DNA of 64,000 bases from Octopus vulgaris (lineage: Eukaryota). The position numbers and the translations under genes were made by a program. This document shows positions 1 through 14,195 of the stretch, piece after piece. Position 1 is the first letter of the stretch. Each line of letters opens with the position of its first letter. Below the pieces are notes generated by a model. The model was not told the origin of the DNA, made no database searches, and saw only the letters and a program-made list of their open reading frames with translations. Location: positions 37,944,001-38,008,000 of the forward strand of contig OX597829.1 in assembly GCA_951406725.2 (NCBI GenBank), written 5' to 3'.

Positions 1-317
1 ACAAGGCTTTGGTCAGCTTGAGGCTACAATAGAAGACACTTAATCAAGGTGCCATGCAGTGGGATTGAATTCGGAATCGTGTGGTTTGGAAGCAAACCTC
101 TTGTCACATAAGCCATTCCTGCATGGCTATGTGGTAAGAACAATGTGGCAAGAACAAAGGTTTGAGAGGAACATTGATGACATCAATCTCATCAGTCTAA
201 ATGGGATTGCAAAAGCTTTGGGCACTGCCCATTCCTTCAGACCCAGCAAGTTAGAAAATTTAATGACTATTTTTTTCTTATCTCATTTAGAGGAGAAAAT
301 TGGGATAAGATAGGGAA

Positions 318-368
318 ATCATCATCATCACCACCACCACCACCACCACCACCACCACCACCACCACC

Positions 369-428
<60 letters not shown>

Positions 429-430
429 TT
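318..430. repeat. (CAC)n/(CAT)n compound microsatellite
   Basis: Directly visible. Confidence 0.95.
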
Positions 431-2639
431 TATCATCATTGTTATCATTGTTTAACGTCTGTCTTCCATGCATGCATGCATGTGTAGGATGGTTGATAGG
501 AGCCAGCCACATAGAAAACTACTCTAGGCTACTGTATCTGTTTTGGCAAGGTTTATATGGTTGGATGCCCTTCCTAACAGCAACCACTCCAGATTAGACT
601 CAGCGCTTTTTATGTGGCACTAACACAGGCAAGGTTAGTTTTGGAAATACAATTAAAAAAAAACAAAAATCTTGTTTTAAATATTACAAAGCCTCTTAGG
701 AGTAGCAGCCGAAATATATCAAATTTCATCTTACTGTCTTAAAAAAGGAAGGACACATTGGACAGTCTTGTCCCTGGACAAACTAAATCATCAGATAGAC
801 ATGGTTGGTACACTTTTGATCACAAAGTCTGTGCAGTCAGGGCTTACCTAGAGGCTAAACAAGAGTTATAACTTGTCATATTAGAATCAATGTGATTGTA
901 TGATGACATTCTGAGTCCAAATGCTGCCAACGTTGGCTTTGCCTTTCATCCATTCAAGGTTGTTAAATAAGCATCTGTTGAGTATTGGGGCTGATGTAGA
1001 TTGACTGGCCCTTTCCACAAAATTTCAGGTTTTGTGCCAATACTAGAAAGAATTATTAATGAATCAGACAAAATGCATAAGATATTTCTTCCAGCTTTAT
1101 GTTCTTAGTTCAAAAGCTGCCAAGGTTTACCTGCCTGTTTTCTTTTTGGGGGTCATTAAATAAATACTTTTTGAGCAATGGGGTTGATGTAATTGAATAG
1201 ACCCCTCCCACAAAATTTCAAGCTTTGTGCCCATAGCAGAAAAAATATGACGGGTAGAAAGAATAGACGTCATTCATTGGTTGAAATTGCAGAAATGCAA
1301 TAAAATAAACAACAAATATCTTACAAACTACAGGATTTTCTCAGGAAAGCCAAGAGAAAAAGATGTTTTATAAACACATTCAATCAGTATACGAAGTTTA
1401 AAAGTGTTTCGGTACAAAGAAATTATTAAAAAAATCTGCCAGTCAAAGCGAAAAGATCCGCTGTTTGTCCCCCAACAAATATGAGGACAGGGGTTTAAAT
1501 TAGGGACTAAGTTAGTACGCAAAGACAGGATGCATGTCTCATCTTTTTCTCAGTCTGTCTGTTTGATATGAGAAACCACTTTTATTTCACAGTTGACTGG
1601 TTTGTATAAAGAAAGATACTGCTCAGCCGGAAACAAAAAAAAAAGTATCTTCCAAACAATATGCTTCATACAAATTAGCAAAATTTGGGTGACAGTAAAA
1701 ATAATAAGCAGTAACAGGCAGGAAAGTATGTGCAGGAAGAAGAATGTGTTTTGTGTGTGTGTGCGTGAGTATGAGTGTAGGAGAATAAAGGAGTTTGCAT
1801 AGATGTTCCTGTGAGTGCGTATTATAGAATCATGCATTAATTTAGGCAGTGTTAAGTAGCTGACACACATCATAACAACAAATCATGAAATGATAATTAA
1901 ATAAATATATTTAGTGTAAGTAAATTACTACTTTATGAAAACTTTTCATCGTGTTTTATATGGGTCAAATGTCATGCTTAAACTGTCAACACACATATCA
2001 GCATGAAAAAAAATATTGAATACGAAAATACTGCTGGCTGTTGTTACCATTGTTACTGTTGTTATTGTTGCTGTTGTTGTTGTTATTTAGATCCAGGTCA
2101 GCCCAGATCAAGCAGTCCTATGATTAAGGACATTCCAGCAGTGGCCATCCAGTATATTTATGGGTAATTAAGACTACATCATTAAATGTTGAAAGTGGTG
2201 AATTAGCGAAAATCATTAGAGTACCTTGTGGTGTTTCTTCTTGCGGCTGTTTTTACATTTTGAGTTCAAATCACACATAAGCGAATTTTGCCCCCTGCAG
2301 ACTTCTAAAGGGCCACCTTAGGGTGGTGGATTGGTGATTAGAGCATTGGACAAACTCATCATCATCATCATCATCGCCATCATTATCATCATCATTTAGT
2401 GTGTCTGCTTTCCATGCTGGCATTGCTTAGATGGTTTGACTGGAACTGGTAAGCTGGAGATTTGCACCAGATCCAGTCTAACTTTAGCTTGGTTTATATG
2501 ACTGGATGCCCTTCCTAATGTCAACCACTCCAAGAGTATAGTGGGTGTCTTTTGTGTGCTACTGGCACAGGCAATGACTACAATTTCACATGGTTTATAT
2601 ATACATGTATATATATATATTTATATATATATATTATTT

Positions 2640-3925
2640 AAGTTGACAAATGAATTATCTTATTACGGATAATTCAAAAGAATATGCAGGTGATATTGCC
2701 TTAAATAGTAATGAAAATAGGGTGAATAGTATCGAATCCAGCGGTAGTTTTTACAACCATCATAGTAATAAGAACGCTGTATTAGTATCGGAAACTAATC
2801 CCAATAGATTAAGGTTCTTATCAGATAACTCCAAAATTAGAAACGCCACTTACCAGTGCAAAATTTCTGCTGGATCCGATGTCTACCTCTATATCAGGGC
2901 AACCTCATCTAAATTAGCCACAAGAATATCAAATCATTTTTCCACGTTTCGTGATAAAAGGAAACAACACTCCACTGGGCTAAGCAAATTAGTCTGGCGT
3001 TTGAATAATGCAAATTCAACTTTTAGGCTGGAATGGTCAATATTATCGGTGTCCTTACCGTTTGATAAGGGCAGAAAAATCTGTGCCCTATGTAATTCCG
3101 AACTCTTTCATATTCTGTTTGCCTGAGGCCGACTAATAAACTCGATTGTCGAGAGTTCTTTCAGATGCCTACACTGGAAAAAGCATACCTTTCTCTCATA
3201 CCAATGAAGTCTAATATAGATAACCCCTGGATTTCCTAAAAAATTTGAAAGATGATATCTCACCCCTTTTAGTATAAAAGACTTTCTCATAGTTGCCAAG
3301 AACTACTACCAATCTCAACAGTAACCTTGTATCTTGTCATTGTTATTGCGGCCTCCATCTGCCCTCTCCCTATTAAGTTGACACATTCGAACACACAGAC
3401 ACAGTCTTTTCAGTTCTTGACCGTTAATTCTTGCTATCTCTCTCTCTCTGCCTTCCACACACACATTCACGCATTCAAAGACGCACACACACACACATTA
3501 AGGCAATTTTACACACTCATACATACGAGCACTCATTCATAAAATAAATCAAATATAAACACCAGTCATACAGAATACATTCACTCACTTTAATCTTCCT
3601 ATACCTTCCTTCTCCTACCTTGATTCTGCCCTTGAACTATTTCAACGGACAATTTCTCCTGCTTTCAACCAATCTGGCGTCACCCCCTATAAATAGACAT
3701 TATTTATCATTATCTTTATGGGCTCCTTGTGAGCAGTCGTCAAAAAGCTTGTTCTGCATTTTGTTGGAGGATTAAGTTCCTAGATTTTCCTGAAGAGAAA
3801 GCTGCACAATGGACTCCTTATTCACTCGGAATTAGGGACTTTGCAGACTTCGAAATATATGTCGAAAATAAAATAAAGGAATTTTGTTAAATCTTCGTTC
3901 AGCTCCATTCTTTCCTATACTTAAT
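2640..3925 (+). mobile_element. Penelope-like element relic with GIY-YIG endonuclease and 3' hammerhead
   Basis: YQCKI...YIRATS...TRISNH...TGLSKLVWRL...CALCNSE...RCLH resembles the PLE GIY-YIG C-terminus; in-frame TGA at 3124; (TA)n on both sides. Confidence 0.8.
3784..3869 (+). ncRNA. Type I hammerhead ribozyme motif (PLE-associated)
   Basis: ATTTTC-CTGAAGA-stem II-GAAA-TATAT-GTC-GAAAAT; 6-bp stem I. Confidence 0.8.
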
Positions 3926-3974
3926 ATATATATATATATATATAACTGTATGTATGAAAACATACACTTGCTAC

Positions 3975-4272
3975 GGCACATGGCCTAGTGGTTAGAGCAG
4001 CGAACTCGCAGTCAAGGGATCGCGGGGTTCAAATCTCAGACCAGGCGATGTGTGTGTTTATGAGCGAAACACTTATGCTCCACGCAGCTCTGGCAGAAGG
4101 TAATGGCGAACTTCTGCTGACTCTTTTGCCACAACTTTCTCTCACTCTTTCTTCCTGCATCTAGCAGCTCACCTGTAATGGACCGGCGTCCCGTCCAGGT
4201 GAGGAACCTATACGCCAAGGAAACTGGGTAACCGGCCCTTATGAGCCAGGCATGGCTCGAGAAGGAACAAAA
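3975..4272 (+). mobile_element. tRNA-derived SINE family C (other copies 35050-35350 and 50664-50967, both +)
   Basis: A box GGCCTAGTGG, B box GGTTCAAATC; three similar copies. Confidence 0.88.
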
Positions 4273-4273
4273 C

Positions 4274-4379
4274 CTAGCTACAGCAGTACATATTCTAAAA
4301 TTGGAATGATACAGAGAAGATTAGCATGGCCCCTGTGCAAGGATGAAATGCAAATTCCTGAAGTGTTCCATATTTTTTT
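4274..4379 (+). pseudogene. U6: U6 snRNA pseudogene
   Basis: ACAGAGAAGATTAGCATGGCCCCTG...TTCCATATTTTTTT; CpG-type substitutions and a disrupted 5' end. Confidence 0.92.
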
Positions 4380-4962
4380 ATAGGCGTAGGAGTAGCTGAG
4401 TGCTAAGAAGCTTGCTTCACAACCACATGGTTTTGGATTCATTTCGACTGTGTAGCACCTGTATGTTCCCAAGGTGCAATGCAGTGGGAATGAACCCGGA
4501 ACCATGTGGTTGGTAAGTGAGCTACTTACCACACAGCCGCTCCTAGGCCTATATGTATATATCATCATCATGATGATTGTTTCAATGAGGAAAATGTCTT
4601 TGTGAGTATGTGGAAATATGAGTTTGTGAGTATTATCTGTGTGAGTATGTATAATAGGTTCATATATTAATCTAGGCAGCGATAAGTAGCTGACAAAAAA
4701 TAATGAAATAACATGATTTCATGGGTTGGATAGAATTGTTTTTGAGGCAGTTCTTGTACAGCTAAATGCCATTTCTGTTGCCAACCTGCACTTGTTTTCA
4801 AGTTAGGTGTTATTTCTTCATGACTGGATGCAGTTTCATCGAAGATTTAAAAAGAAAGACACCACTTGTATGACAGTGAAGCTTGTTTACAACTGTCACA
4901 TGATGTCAAGACAAGGAGACACAAACACCCTCCATAAAAATATGCATACACACACACACATG

Positions 4963-5000
<38 letters not shown>

Positions 5001-5084
5001 GACACACACACACACCGACACACACACACACCGACACACACACACACCGACACACACACACACACGTGTACGTACATGCGTATG

Positions 5085-7100
5085 TACACATTCATGTATA
5101 CCAAAGTTGTTGTTTGCAAGAAAGCAAATAAGACTCTATTTCCATCAGGTAAATGGTCCTGCTCAGACTGTAGGAAAAAAATGGGAAATAATTCCACTTG
5201 CTGCACCAAGTGTAAGCTATGGACACATAAGAGATGCAGTGGAACCACAGGGAGATTAACAGATAAGGACACCTTTATGTGTAGGGGATCTGCAAGAGCA
5301 ATAAGCACTAAGAGCACATGGAACTTAGACTCTCGCAAATGTCCAGGAGGCTCTCTTCAGGTAGTAGATAGATAGTTTCTGTTATCTAGGTGACCAAAAT
5401 TAGCAATGGGTGTGAATGTTCTGAAAGCATTGTTTCTAGAATACGAATAGGATGGAGGAAGTTCAGAAAGCTACTACCTCTGTTGGCAACAAAAGGACTC
5501 TCTCTCAGAGTGAAAGGTAGACTGTATGATGCCTGTTTATGAATGGCTATACTCCATGGTAAGGAGACATAGGCTCTGAATGCAGAGGACGTGTGTAGAA
5601 TGACAAAGGGTAATGGTGTTGAGAGAAAAGTGGAGCATAAGACATGTGCATGAATGACATGTGTGTGAATGATGTGCATGAATGACAAAGTGCAAAGGTG
5701 TTGAGAGAAAAGTTGGGCATAAAAGGAATCAAATGCAGTATGCAAGAAGTGCTGATCACTGAAAGTAATGGCACCTGTGGAAGTGGGGGGAAAACCCAGG
5801 AAGACATGGGATAAAGTGGTAAGGACCGATTTCAGGATGTTGGGGCTCACAGAGGAAATATCTGGTGATGTGAGGTTCTAGAGAAGACCTGACTGCATCA
5901 GCAAACCTGAGTTCTAGAAGCGTTAAGTTCCACCCACAGGTAACAATAAAATTTTCATACACCCTACCCCAACAAACTAGACTACATCCCTCTTTCCCAA
6001 ACCTCCTGTTTTTTTTTTTCCTCACATTTCCTCTTCATACACTATAATTATCTCCCCCCCGCCAAATCCAGTCCTCATTACTCTGCTCACTGCATCATTG
6101 CTTTTCACTCCCCCCCTGTCCCATCCCCACCCCATTTACCCAGATTCTCACCAGTCACAACATTCGCCCCCCCACCTCCACTCCCGACTCGTGACCCCTT
6201 GGTGATACTCTGCCAACTCTTGCCATAATTCATCTCCCTCTTCCTTACTCTACCATCCCATCTATACCCTAATCTCCATTCCTTGCGAATATACCCCTGG
6301 CACTTGCCGCCATCTCTTTCCTGCTCTTGTAGTCTCCTACTTGCTCTCTCTCTCTTTTTCCCTTGCTCTCCCCTCTGGATGAGTAACCATCTATCTCCTC
6401 TACAGCAACAAACTTGTTTCTGCCCTCATTCTTGATCACTCTCTCTCTCCCTCCTATTGCTTTTACTTCTGGCTAGATAACCATGTATCTCCTTTACAGC
6501 AGCATACCTCTTTCTTATTAACTCCCCCCTCTCACTAGGTAACCATGTCCCTCCCTTTCAAAGCACACCTGTTTCTACCTTAATTCTTGATAACTCTTGC
6601 TCTCTTTTTCTCCCTCTCTTTCTCTGCCTTTCTCTCTCTCTTTGGCTGGGTAACCTTGTACTTCCTCTACAGCATGACACCCGTTTCTGCTTCTCTGTCA
6701 CACTCTGACATTTCATCATCTGACATAAGATCCCCTCCTACAATGTCCCACTCCTCTCAAAGATTCCTTGTCTTGCAAGTTACTTGGTGACCCTGCCAGT
6801 GCTGGTGCCATGCAAAAAGCATCCAATCCACACTGTAAAGTGGTTGGCATTTGGAAGGGCATCCAGCTGTAAAAACCATGCCAAACCTGACCTCGCTTGT
6901 ACTTGTGTCACGTAGAAAGCACTCTGTCCACTGTGGAGTGGTTGGCATTAGGAAGGGCATCCAGCTGTAAACACCCTGCCAAAATGAAGTGAAGCCTAGT
7001 GCAGGCTCCTACCTGGCCAACTCCTTTTAAACAATCTGACCCATGCCAACATGGGAGGAGGACTTTAAATGATGATGATGATAATGATGATGATGATGAT
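5085..7100 (+). mobile_element. Degenerate RTE-clade LINE 3' portion with long pyrimidine-rich 3' UTR and (GAT)n tail
   Basis: Cys/His finger, KGLSLRVKGRLYDAC motif, GKPRKTWD; UTR related to 19383-19770 (+) and 43040-43940 (-). Confidence 0.8.
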
Positions 7101-7181
7101 CAAACACACACACACACACACATGTACGCAGACACACACACACATACACACATGCAGGTGCACGCACATGCATACATGCAT

Positions 7182-7228
<47 letters not shown>

Positions 7229-7617
7229 TGTGTTTCTGTGTGTGTGTGTGTATTGTATATGTATTTTATATGTGTGTATTGGCCCTCAAAATGTAAACTT
7301 TGTATTTTCAAAATTTAATAGATTCTATTGTCAGAATTAAATTTTTTTTCATGAATGCCTGTTTTGACTTTGATAACCATTACGTTAATAATATGAAACA
7401 ATGGAATTCCAAACTTGAAAAAACATTTCATTTATTCTTTGTGTGCGTTCTCAATTGTTGTCAGTTTTGTACCATAAACTTTATCTTTTAATCTTTCCAG
7501 GAATGAGACAATCTGTTTTTTGCCTCATAAGAATTGTGTAAATTTTTGAGAGAAACTGGAATAACTCTGTTCTGGGACAATATATTTCAAAGTACATTAC
7601 ATACAGTAATAAAGAAT

Positions 7618-7822
7618 ACTCTTTTACTTGTTTCAGTCATTTGACTGTGGCCATGCTGGAGCACCACCTTTTTAGTCTACCAAATTGACCCCAGGACTTA
7701 TTCTTTGTAAGCCTAGTACTTATTCTATTAGTCTCTTTTGCCGAACCGCTAAGTTACGGGGACGTAAACACACCAGCATCGGTTGTCAAGCGATGTTGTG
7801 GGGGATAAACACAGACACACAA

Positions 7823-7865
<43 letters not shown>

Positions 7866-8027
7866 CGATGGGCTTCTTTCAGTTTCCGTCTACCAAATCC
7901 ACTCACAAAGCTTTGGTCGGCCCGAGGCTATAGTAGAAGACACTTGCCCAAGGTGCCACACAGTGGGACTGAACCCGGAACCGTGCGGTTGGTAAGCAAG
8001 CTACTTACCACACAGCCACTCCTGCAC
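7618..8027 (-). mobile_element. tRNA-derived SINE family A (full copies also 45491-45902 +, 55337-55738 -, 59004-59415 +; many fragments)
   Basis: GGAGTGGCTGTGTGGTAAG head, internal (TA/TG)n, (AAGAGT)n tail; multiple near-identical copies. Confidence 0.9.
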
Positions 8028-8177
8028 CTTAACACGGGAATATTGGGTTTAAAAAACCCTTTTGGTCAGAGAAAGTTGAATTGCCCATGGGACTAGAACC
8101 TACATCTGTAGACATGAAAAATGTACCATTGGACCAAAGCATGTTTACAGGAGATATGAGTTTAAGTCGCACAAGTA

Positions 8178-8640
8178 CCATAAATCCTCGAGTATAATCC
8201 GCATTTCTTCCCCAAAATTTAAGGGTCAAAATCCCTAGTGTGTACTATATACGAGGTTAAAAATGAAAAATATTTTCTAAGCAATGTCCAAGTCTCTATT
8301 TGCTGTCCGGCAATGTTTATTCAGACGCATTTTGAGATGTCGGGTGTGAAAATACCTTAAGCTAAGCCTGAAAGCAATGAAGTCATAAAAGAATCATCCA
8401 TAACATGCAGTAAGCAACATTTATTAAAATAAAAGTATTCAGAAATAAATGAAAATGAATCTTCTGATGTTGACTATGAATCTGACGGAGATTTACACTA
8501 CAATGATGCTGACATGTTTACGGAGGAACAAATGGAACAGGTATTTGATGCTGAAAGTGACGTTGAATTTGAAGGATTTAAATAAATGTTTTTGCTTTTG
8601 CTTTGTAACTGATAGTGATAAATATGTAAAGGCAATTTAC
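8178..8640 (+). mobile_element. Tc2/pogo-like DNA transposon remnant
   Basis: TA-CCATAAATCCTCGAGTATAATCCGCA terminus; acidic transposase tail ...ESDVEFEGFK* ending 8585. Confidence 0.6.
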
Positions 8641-8767
8641 TTAATACTTATTTTTCACTGATGTTATTATTGTTATTTCTTTATTTACTGCAAACAAAAT
8701 GCACAGAAAAGAAACAAGGAGAGAAAAAAATGCGTGTAGGAGCTAACGATCCAACAACAACAACAAC

Positions 8768-8822
<55 letters not shown>

Positions 8823-9374
8823 TTAACAATAAAAGAATGAGACCTCAATATTAGATAGAGGTTTATACATGTTATAAATTAGAATAAACTGTAAAAGGTT
8901 GTCATTACAGTACTCAGAGTTTTGAATGTCAGAATGAAGAGTTACAATACATTCTTGTTGGCTATTAATGGTAACAGATGCTATGAAAAAAAAAAAGAAT
9001 CATTAAATAAAAGGGAAGGTACTCTTATAAGTAGAAAAAAGCAGATAAAAAATAGGCACAATCATATTCTCACAATACATTGACATAAACCTCCTGCATT
9101 CACAACGTCTACATACATACACACTCAAATATATATAGACACCTGCATATACACACACAAATATATATGTATGTACTCATACATAGACACATATCCACAC
9201 ACACATGCACACATGTATATATATATATAAATTAGAAAAGAACCACTATTATGTAATTCAAATAATGATAGACATAAACCAAATCATATAGAAAAAATAA
9301 AATATATTATAAAACATATATCTAAATCACAAAAATTACAAAACAATGAATAAACATTATATAATAAGTAAGAA

Positions 9375-9477
9375 GACTACTTACATTTCGTGGCTATAAA
9401 TTTCAATTTGAATTACAATTAAATTTAAATTTAATCCAAAAACAATTCAATTTAAAAGTATAGTCACTCCTCAGGTC
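9375..9477 (-). ncRNA. Hammerhead motif with long AT-rich stem II
   Basis: GAC-CTGAGGA-GTGACTATA...TATAGCCAC-GAAA-TGTAA-GTA-GTC. Confidence 0.6.
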
Positions 9478-9916
9478 AGAATTAAACAATATTTCTTTAT
9501 TAAGCAATATTTCAATATTGTTTAATTCTATTTGATTATTTATTAAAAATATGTATTTATTTAACTATTATTGTTATTATTGTTGACCTGAGGAGTGACT
9601 ATACTAAAATTTATTTGTTGAAGAGTGCTTGAAACCTTGGTCCAGGAAATAAAACAGGTGGTAAATGTTTTTATTTTTTCATACCCTTTTGAAATTATCC
9701 CTAATTGTGATTTGGATTTTAAATACTCCCTCTAGCGGTTTAGATGTCCGATTATGGCCATCTCTTATGTGTTTAAATGTACACTGTATATATAATAAAT
9801 AGTATATAGTCTATTGACTAGTTTTTCTACACACTAGGCCACAGAGTTAAAAAATTTCTAAATAATATTTTACTACCCTGAAATTTATTAATATATACAT
9901 ATATATTATACATACA

Positions 9917-9956
<40 letters not shown>

Positions 9957-9992
9957 CATCTACATATATATATATATACATATACATACATC

Positions 9993-10024
<32 letters not shown>

Positions 10025-10030
10025 CATACA

Positions 10031-10074
<44 letters not shown>

Positions 10075-10082
10075 CATACATC

Positions 10083-10113
<31 letters not shown>

Positions 10114-10151
10114 CATACATATATATATATATATATATACATATACATACA

Positions 10152-10205
<54 letters not shown>

Positions 10206-10304
10206 TATACATATATATATAGGTATAAAAATTATATATAAAGAAACAAGAATGTGAAATACACAAAGGGACGAACACAGAAAACAGACGGGTCATTCGA
10301 AGCC

Positions 10305-10344
<40 letters not shown>

Positions 10345-10695
10345 ATACATACATACATATATTGAAGTAGTGAAAGCCATTGAGATGAAGCTAAACATAT
10401 CAGTATGCAAATTTGATGATAAATTTATATACATAAATACATGTATGTATGTTCTTTTTAGGAACAGTCTATACATATATAGATAGTCAGTCCTTAAGAA
10501 GAAAACTGTTCATAGTAGCTGAAATTTTGGGTGAAGTATGTTAGTCACAGAATATGAAGACTTTAAACCAATGAGTGGAATTTATGGTAATATTTTTAAT
10601 TAGAATTAAAATTAAAAATAGTGCCATGAATTCTATTCCATGACTTTATATACATATATAGCAAATAAGTAACAAGGATGTCACAGTATTACTAT

Positions 10696-10930
10696 AAGGC
10701 GGTGAGTTGGCAGAACTGTTAGCACGCCGAGCAGAATGCTTAACGGTATTTCATCCGCCGCTGCGTTCTGAGTTCAATTTCAGCTGGGGTTGACTTTGCC
10801 TTTCATCCTTTCAAGGTCGATTAAATAAGTACCAGTTATGCACTGGGATCGATGTAATCGACTTAATCCCTTTGTCTGTCCTTGTTTGTCCCCTGCGTGT
10901 TTAGCTCCTTGTGGGTAGTAAAGAAATAGG
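10696..10930 (+). mobile_element. SINE family B with Meta-like core (copies 24947-25160 -, 26927-27152 +, 28345-28570 -, 30038-30266 -, 47363-47593 +, 48285-48697 - tandem, 60230-60461 -)
   Basis: GGCGAGCTGGCAGAA head; GCCTTTCATCCTTTCGGGGTCGATAAAT core; many copies. Confidence 0.9.
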
Positions 10931-11696
10931 TATTACTATGCAATACAGCATTTGTAGGGCTCCATTGTTTTCAAACAATGCAAGCATAACATCAGTTTGA
11001 AATACACCACCAACTTCGTGTATTTGGTAGATGTAAACTGAAAGAAACCAGCTGTGTGTGTGTCTATTTATAGACATGTATGTGTCTCTGTCTATATGAT
11101 TTATCTCTATAGTGTGGCGAGGAAAGAATAAATGATGGTAAAATATTTGTCACCATTGTTGGTAACTGTTAGTTATGACAAGACAAATTTGTGGTTAACT
11201 CACAGTTGTCATCATGTAAGCTCAGCTATAAGACCAGTTAGTTGGACCTATAGATCATAAAGCTGGTTGCTATTTAAAATAAAATAATAATGAAATTATT
11301 GTATACAGTGCCCAGGTGCACCACAACTTGTCAAAAGTGCGTATAAAGTATATGCAGTAATGTACAAATGTCTGGAAAGCGAAAAGTGTATGAGTTAGAT
11401 ACATGCTTGGAAAGTACTGAGTTATAGTGGTAAAAACTGTATCTGAATTGATAATTTCATAGCTGGTTGGCTCTCGTTTGTGGCTATGTTTTAATATTTC
11501 ATGGGTGGTCTGCTGTGTCTTCATATTTCATAATATCAATATACTCTACTGTCAATAGCTGTTATGTCACCTGTGGCTGGCTACCACTATCACAACTACC
11601 AGAAACACTGTAGCTACTCATATACTCAGTATAGACTGGTATTCTGAGATTTATCTCAGGGGTTGAGTGTCAAGTGGGCCTCGGGTCGGGTTGGGA

Positions 11697-12030
11697 CCCC
11701 CTTCGGTCATGACACTGACTATGGGATTGCACCTAGAAAGTTACCCTCCTAGTCACAACTCTGGGCGAGGTTGCTTATGGAATACTAGCAGTCGCCCATG
11801 CATACCGGCTTCCCCTCTCCACGCCACCAGTGTTATCCAAGGGAAAGGCAAAGGCCAATACAGCTTGGCACCTGTGACATCGCAACTCATTTCTACAGCT
11901 AAGTGATCTGGAGCGACGTGAAATAAAGTGCCTTGCTCAAGAACACAACACGCAGCCCGGTCCAGGATTCGAGCTCACAACCTCACGATCGTAAGCTTGA
12001 CGCTCTAACCACTGAGCCATGTGCCTTCAC
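11697..12030 (-). mobile_element. tRNA-derived SINE family D
   Basis: TGGCTCAGTGGTTAGAGC A box and TCGAATCC B box; inverted relative to 12939-13270. Confidence 0.88.
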
Positions 12031-12394
12031 AAGTAGGCCTACTCAGCTGGTAAGCTCTCCACAATGGCCTCCTTAATTAGTATCAGTAGTCATTAGTATG
12101 GCACTGGGCTGAATTTTCTTTAGTTAGAAAAGTGATGATGTAGGCTCAGCTGCTGATGCCAGCTTGTGTGGTTTTTTATTGGATGTTGACAAAAGCAAAC
12201 TGCCAACATGTAGATCTACATTTCAATTACTGGGTACCAGGAATATAACAACATGATGTATTTGCTACAGACAAACACATGCATACATAAACATGTGAGT
12301 ATGTATGTGCACACACACACACATATATATATATATATGTGTGTGAGTGTGTGTGTGTGTATAAATATATATATATAAATATATAAACACATAG

Positions 12395-12432
<38 letters not shown>

Positions 12433-12525
12433 ACATAGCTATACGTATTTATGTGGACACCATCCAAGTATCTATCTATATCAATCTATCTATCTATTTA
12501 TCTATCTATCTATCGATATATATAT

Positions 12526-12556
<31 letters not shown>

Positions 12557-12938
12557 TGAGGATGAGGAGGATATCAAATATACAAGTACGTAGTTACATT
12601 ACACATTCACATATATTACTGAAAGTGTACCTTCATCATATATGCATTAAAAAGCAGAAGCATAAACGTGTACCTGACATACGTAGCAGTATAAGTTTTC
12701 CCTTATTTTTTAAGGTAATATAGATAATTTTAATATATATGTATATTATATGTCTATGTATATATATGTAAAAGAAATGCTAGGTTCTGGCATAACATCT
12801 TGTGTAGACTTACATATCATCTTAGGATACATATCCCAACAAATTTGTCTTTCAGTTCTGCATCTGCTTTAAGTATGATACACATATTTTAAACTAAAGC
12901 TTTTTTGTTGTACTTAATGAATTTATACATATATATAT

Positions 12939-13268
12939 TGGCTCAGTGGTTAGAGCGTCGAGCTTACGATCGTGAGGTTGTGAGCTCGAATCCTGGACCG
13001 GGCTGCGTGTTGTGTTCTTGAGCAAGGCACTTTATTTCACGTTGCTCCAGTTCACTCAGCTGTAGAAATGAGTTGTGACGTCATGGGTGCCAAACTGTAT
13101 CGACCTTTGTCTTTCCCTTGGATAACACTGGTGGCGTGGAGAGGGGAGGCCGGTATGCATGGGCGACTGCTGGTCTTCCATAAAACCACCTTGCCCAGAC
13201 TTGTGTCTAGGAGGGTAGCTTTCTAGGTGCAATCCCATGGTCATTCATGACCGAAGGGGGTCTTTACC

Positions 13269-13270
<2 letters not shown>
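12939..13270 (+). mobile_element. tRNA-derived SINE family D
   Basis: Same family as 11697-12030, embedded in (TA)n. Confidence 0.88.
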
Positions 13271-13313
<43 letters not shown>

Positions 13314-13382
13314 GGTCCCGGGTTGATTCGGGGTTAACCACAGTAAATAAGGTACTCAATACATAGCAGAGTAAAATTAATT

Positions 13383-14195
<813 letters not shown>

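Noticed and set aside
1330-1640. Unique-looking sequence as a possible exon (also 7500-7600)
   Set aside because: No sustained ORF, recognisable homology or paired splice sites.
3124-3126. In-frame TGA in the PLE endonuclease as selenocysteine
   Set aside because: No SECIS seen and no evidence this is a Cys position; decay such as CGA to TGA is simpler.
12939-13005. tRNA gene candidates at SINE heads
   Set aside because: They continue into SINE bodies and lack a proper acceptor stem.
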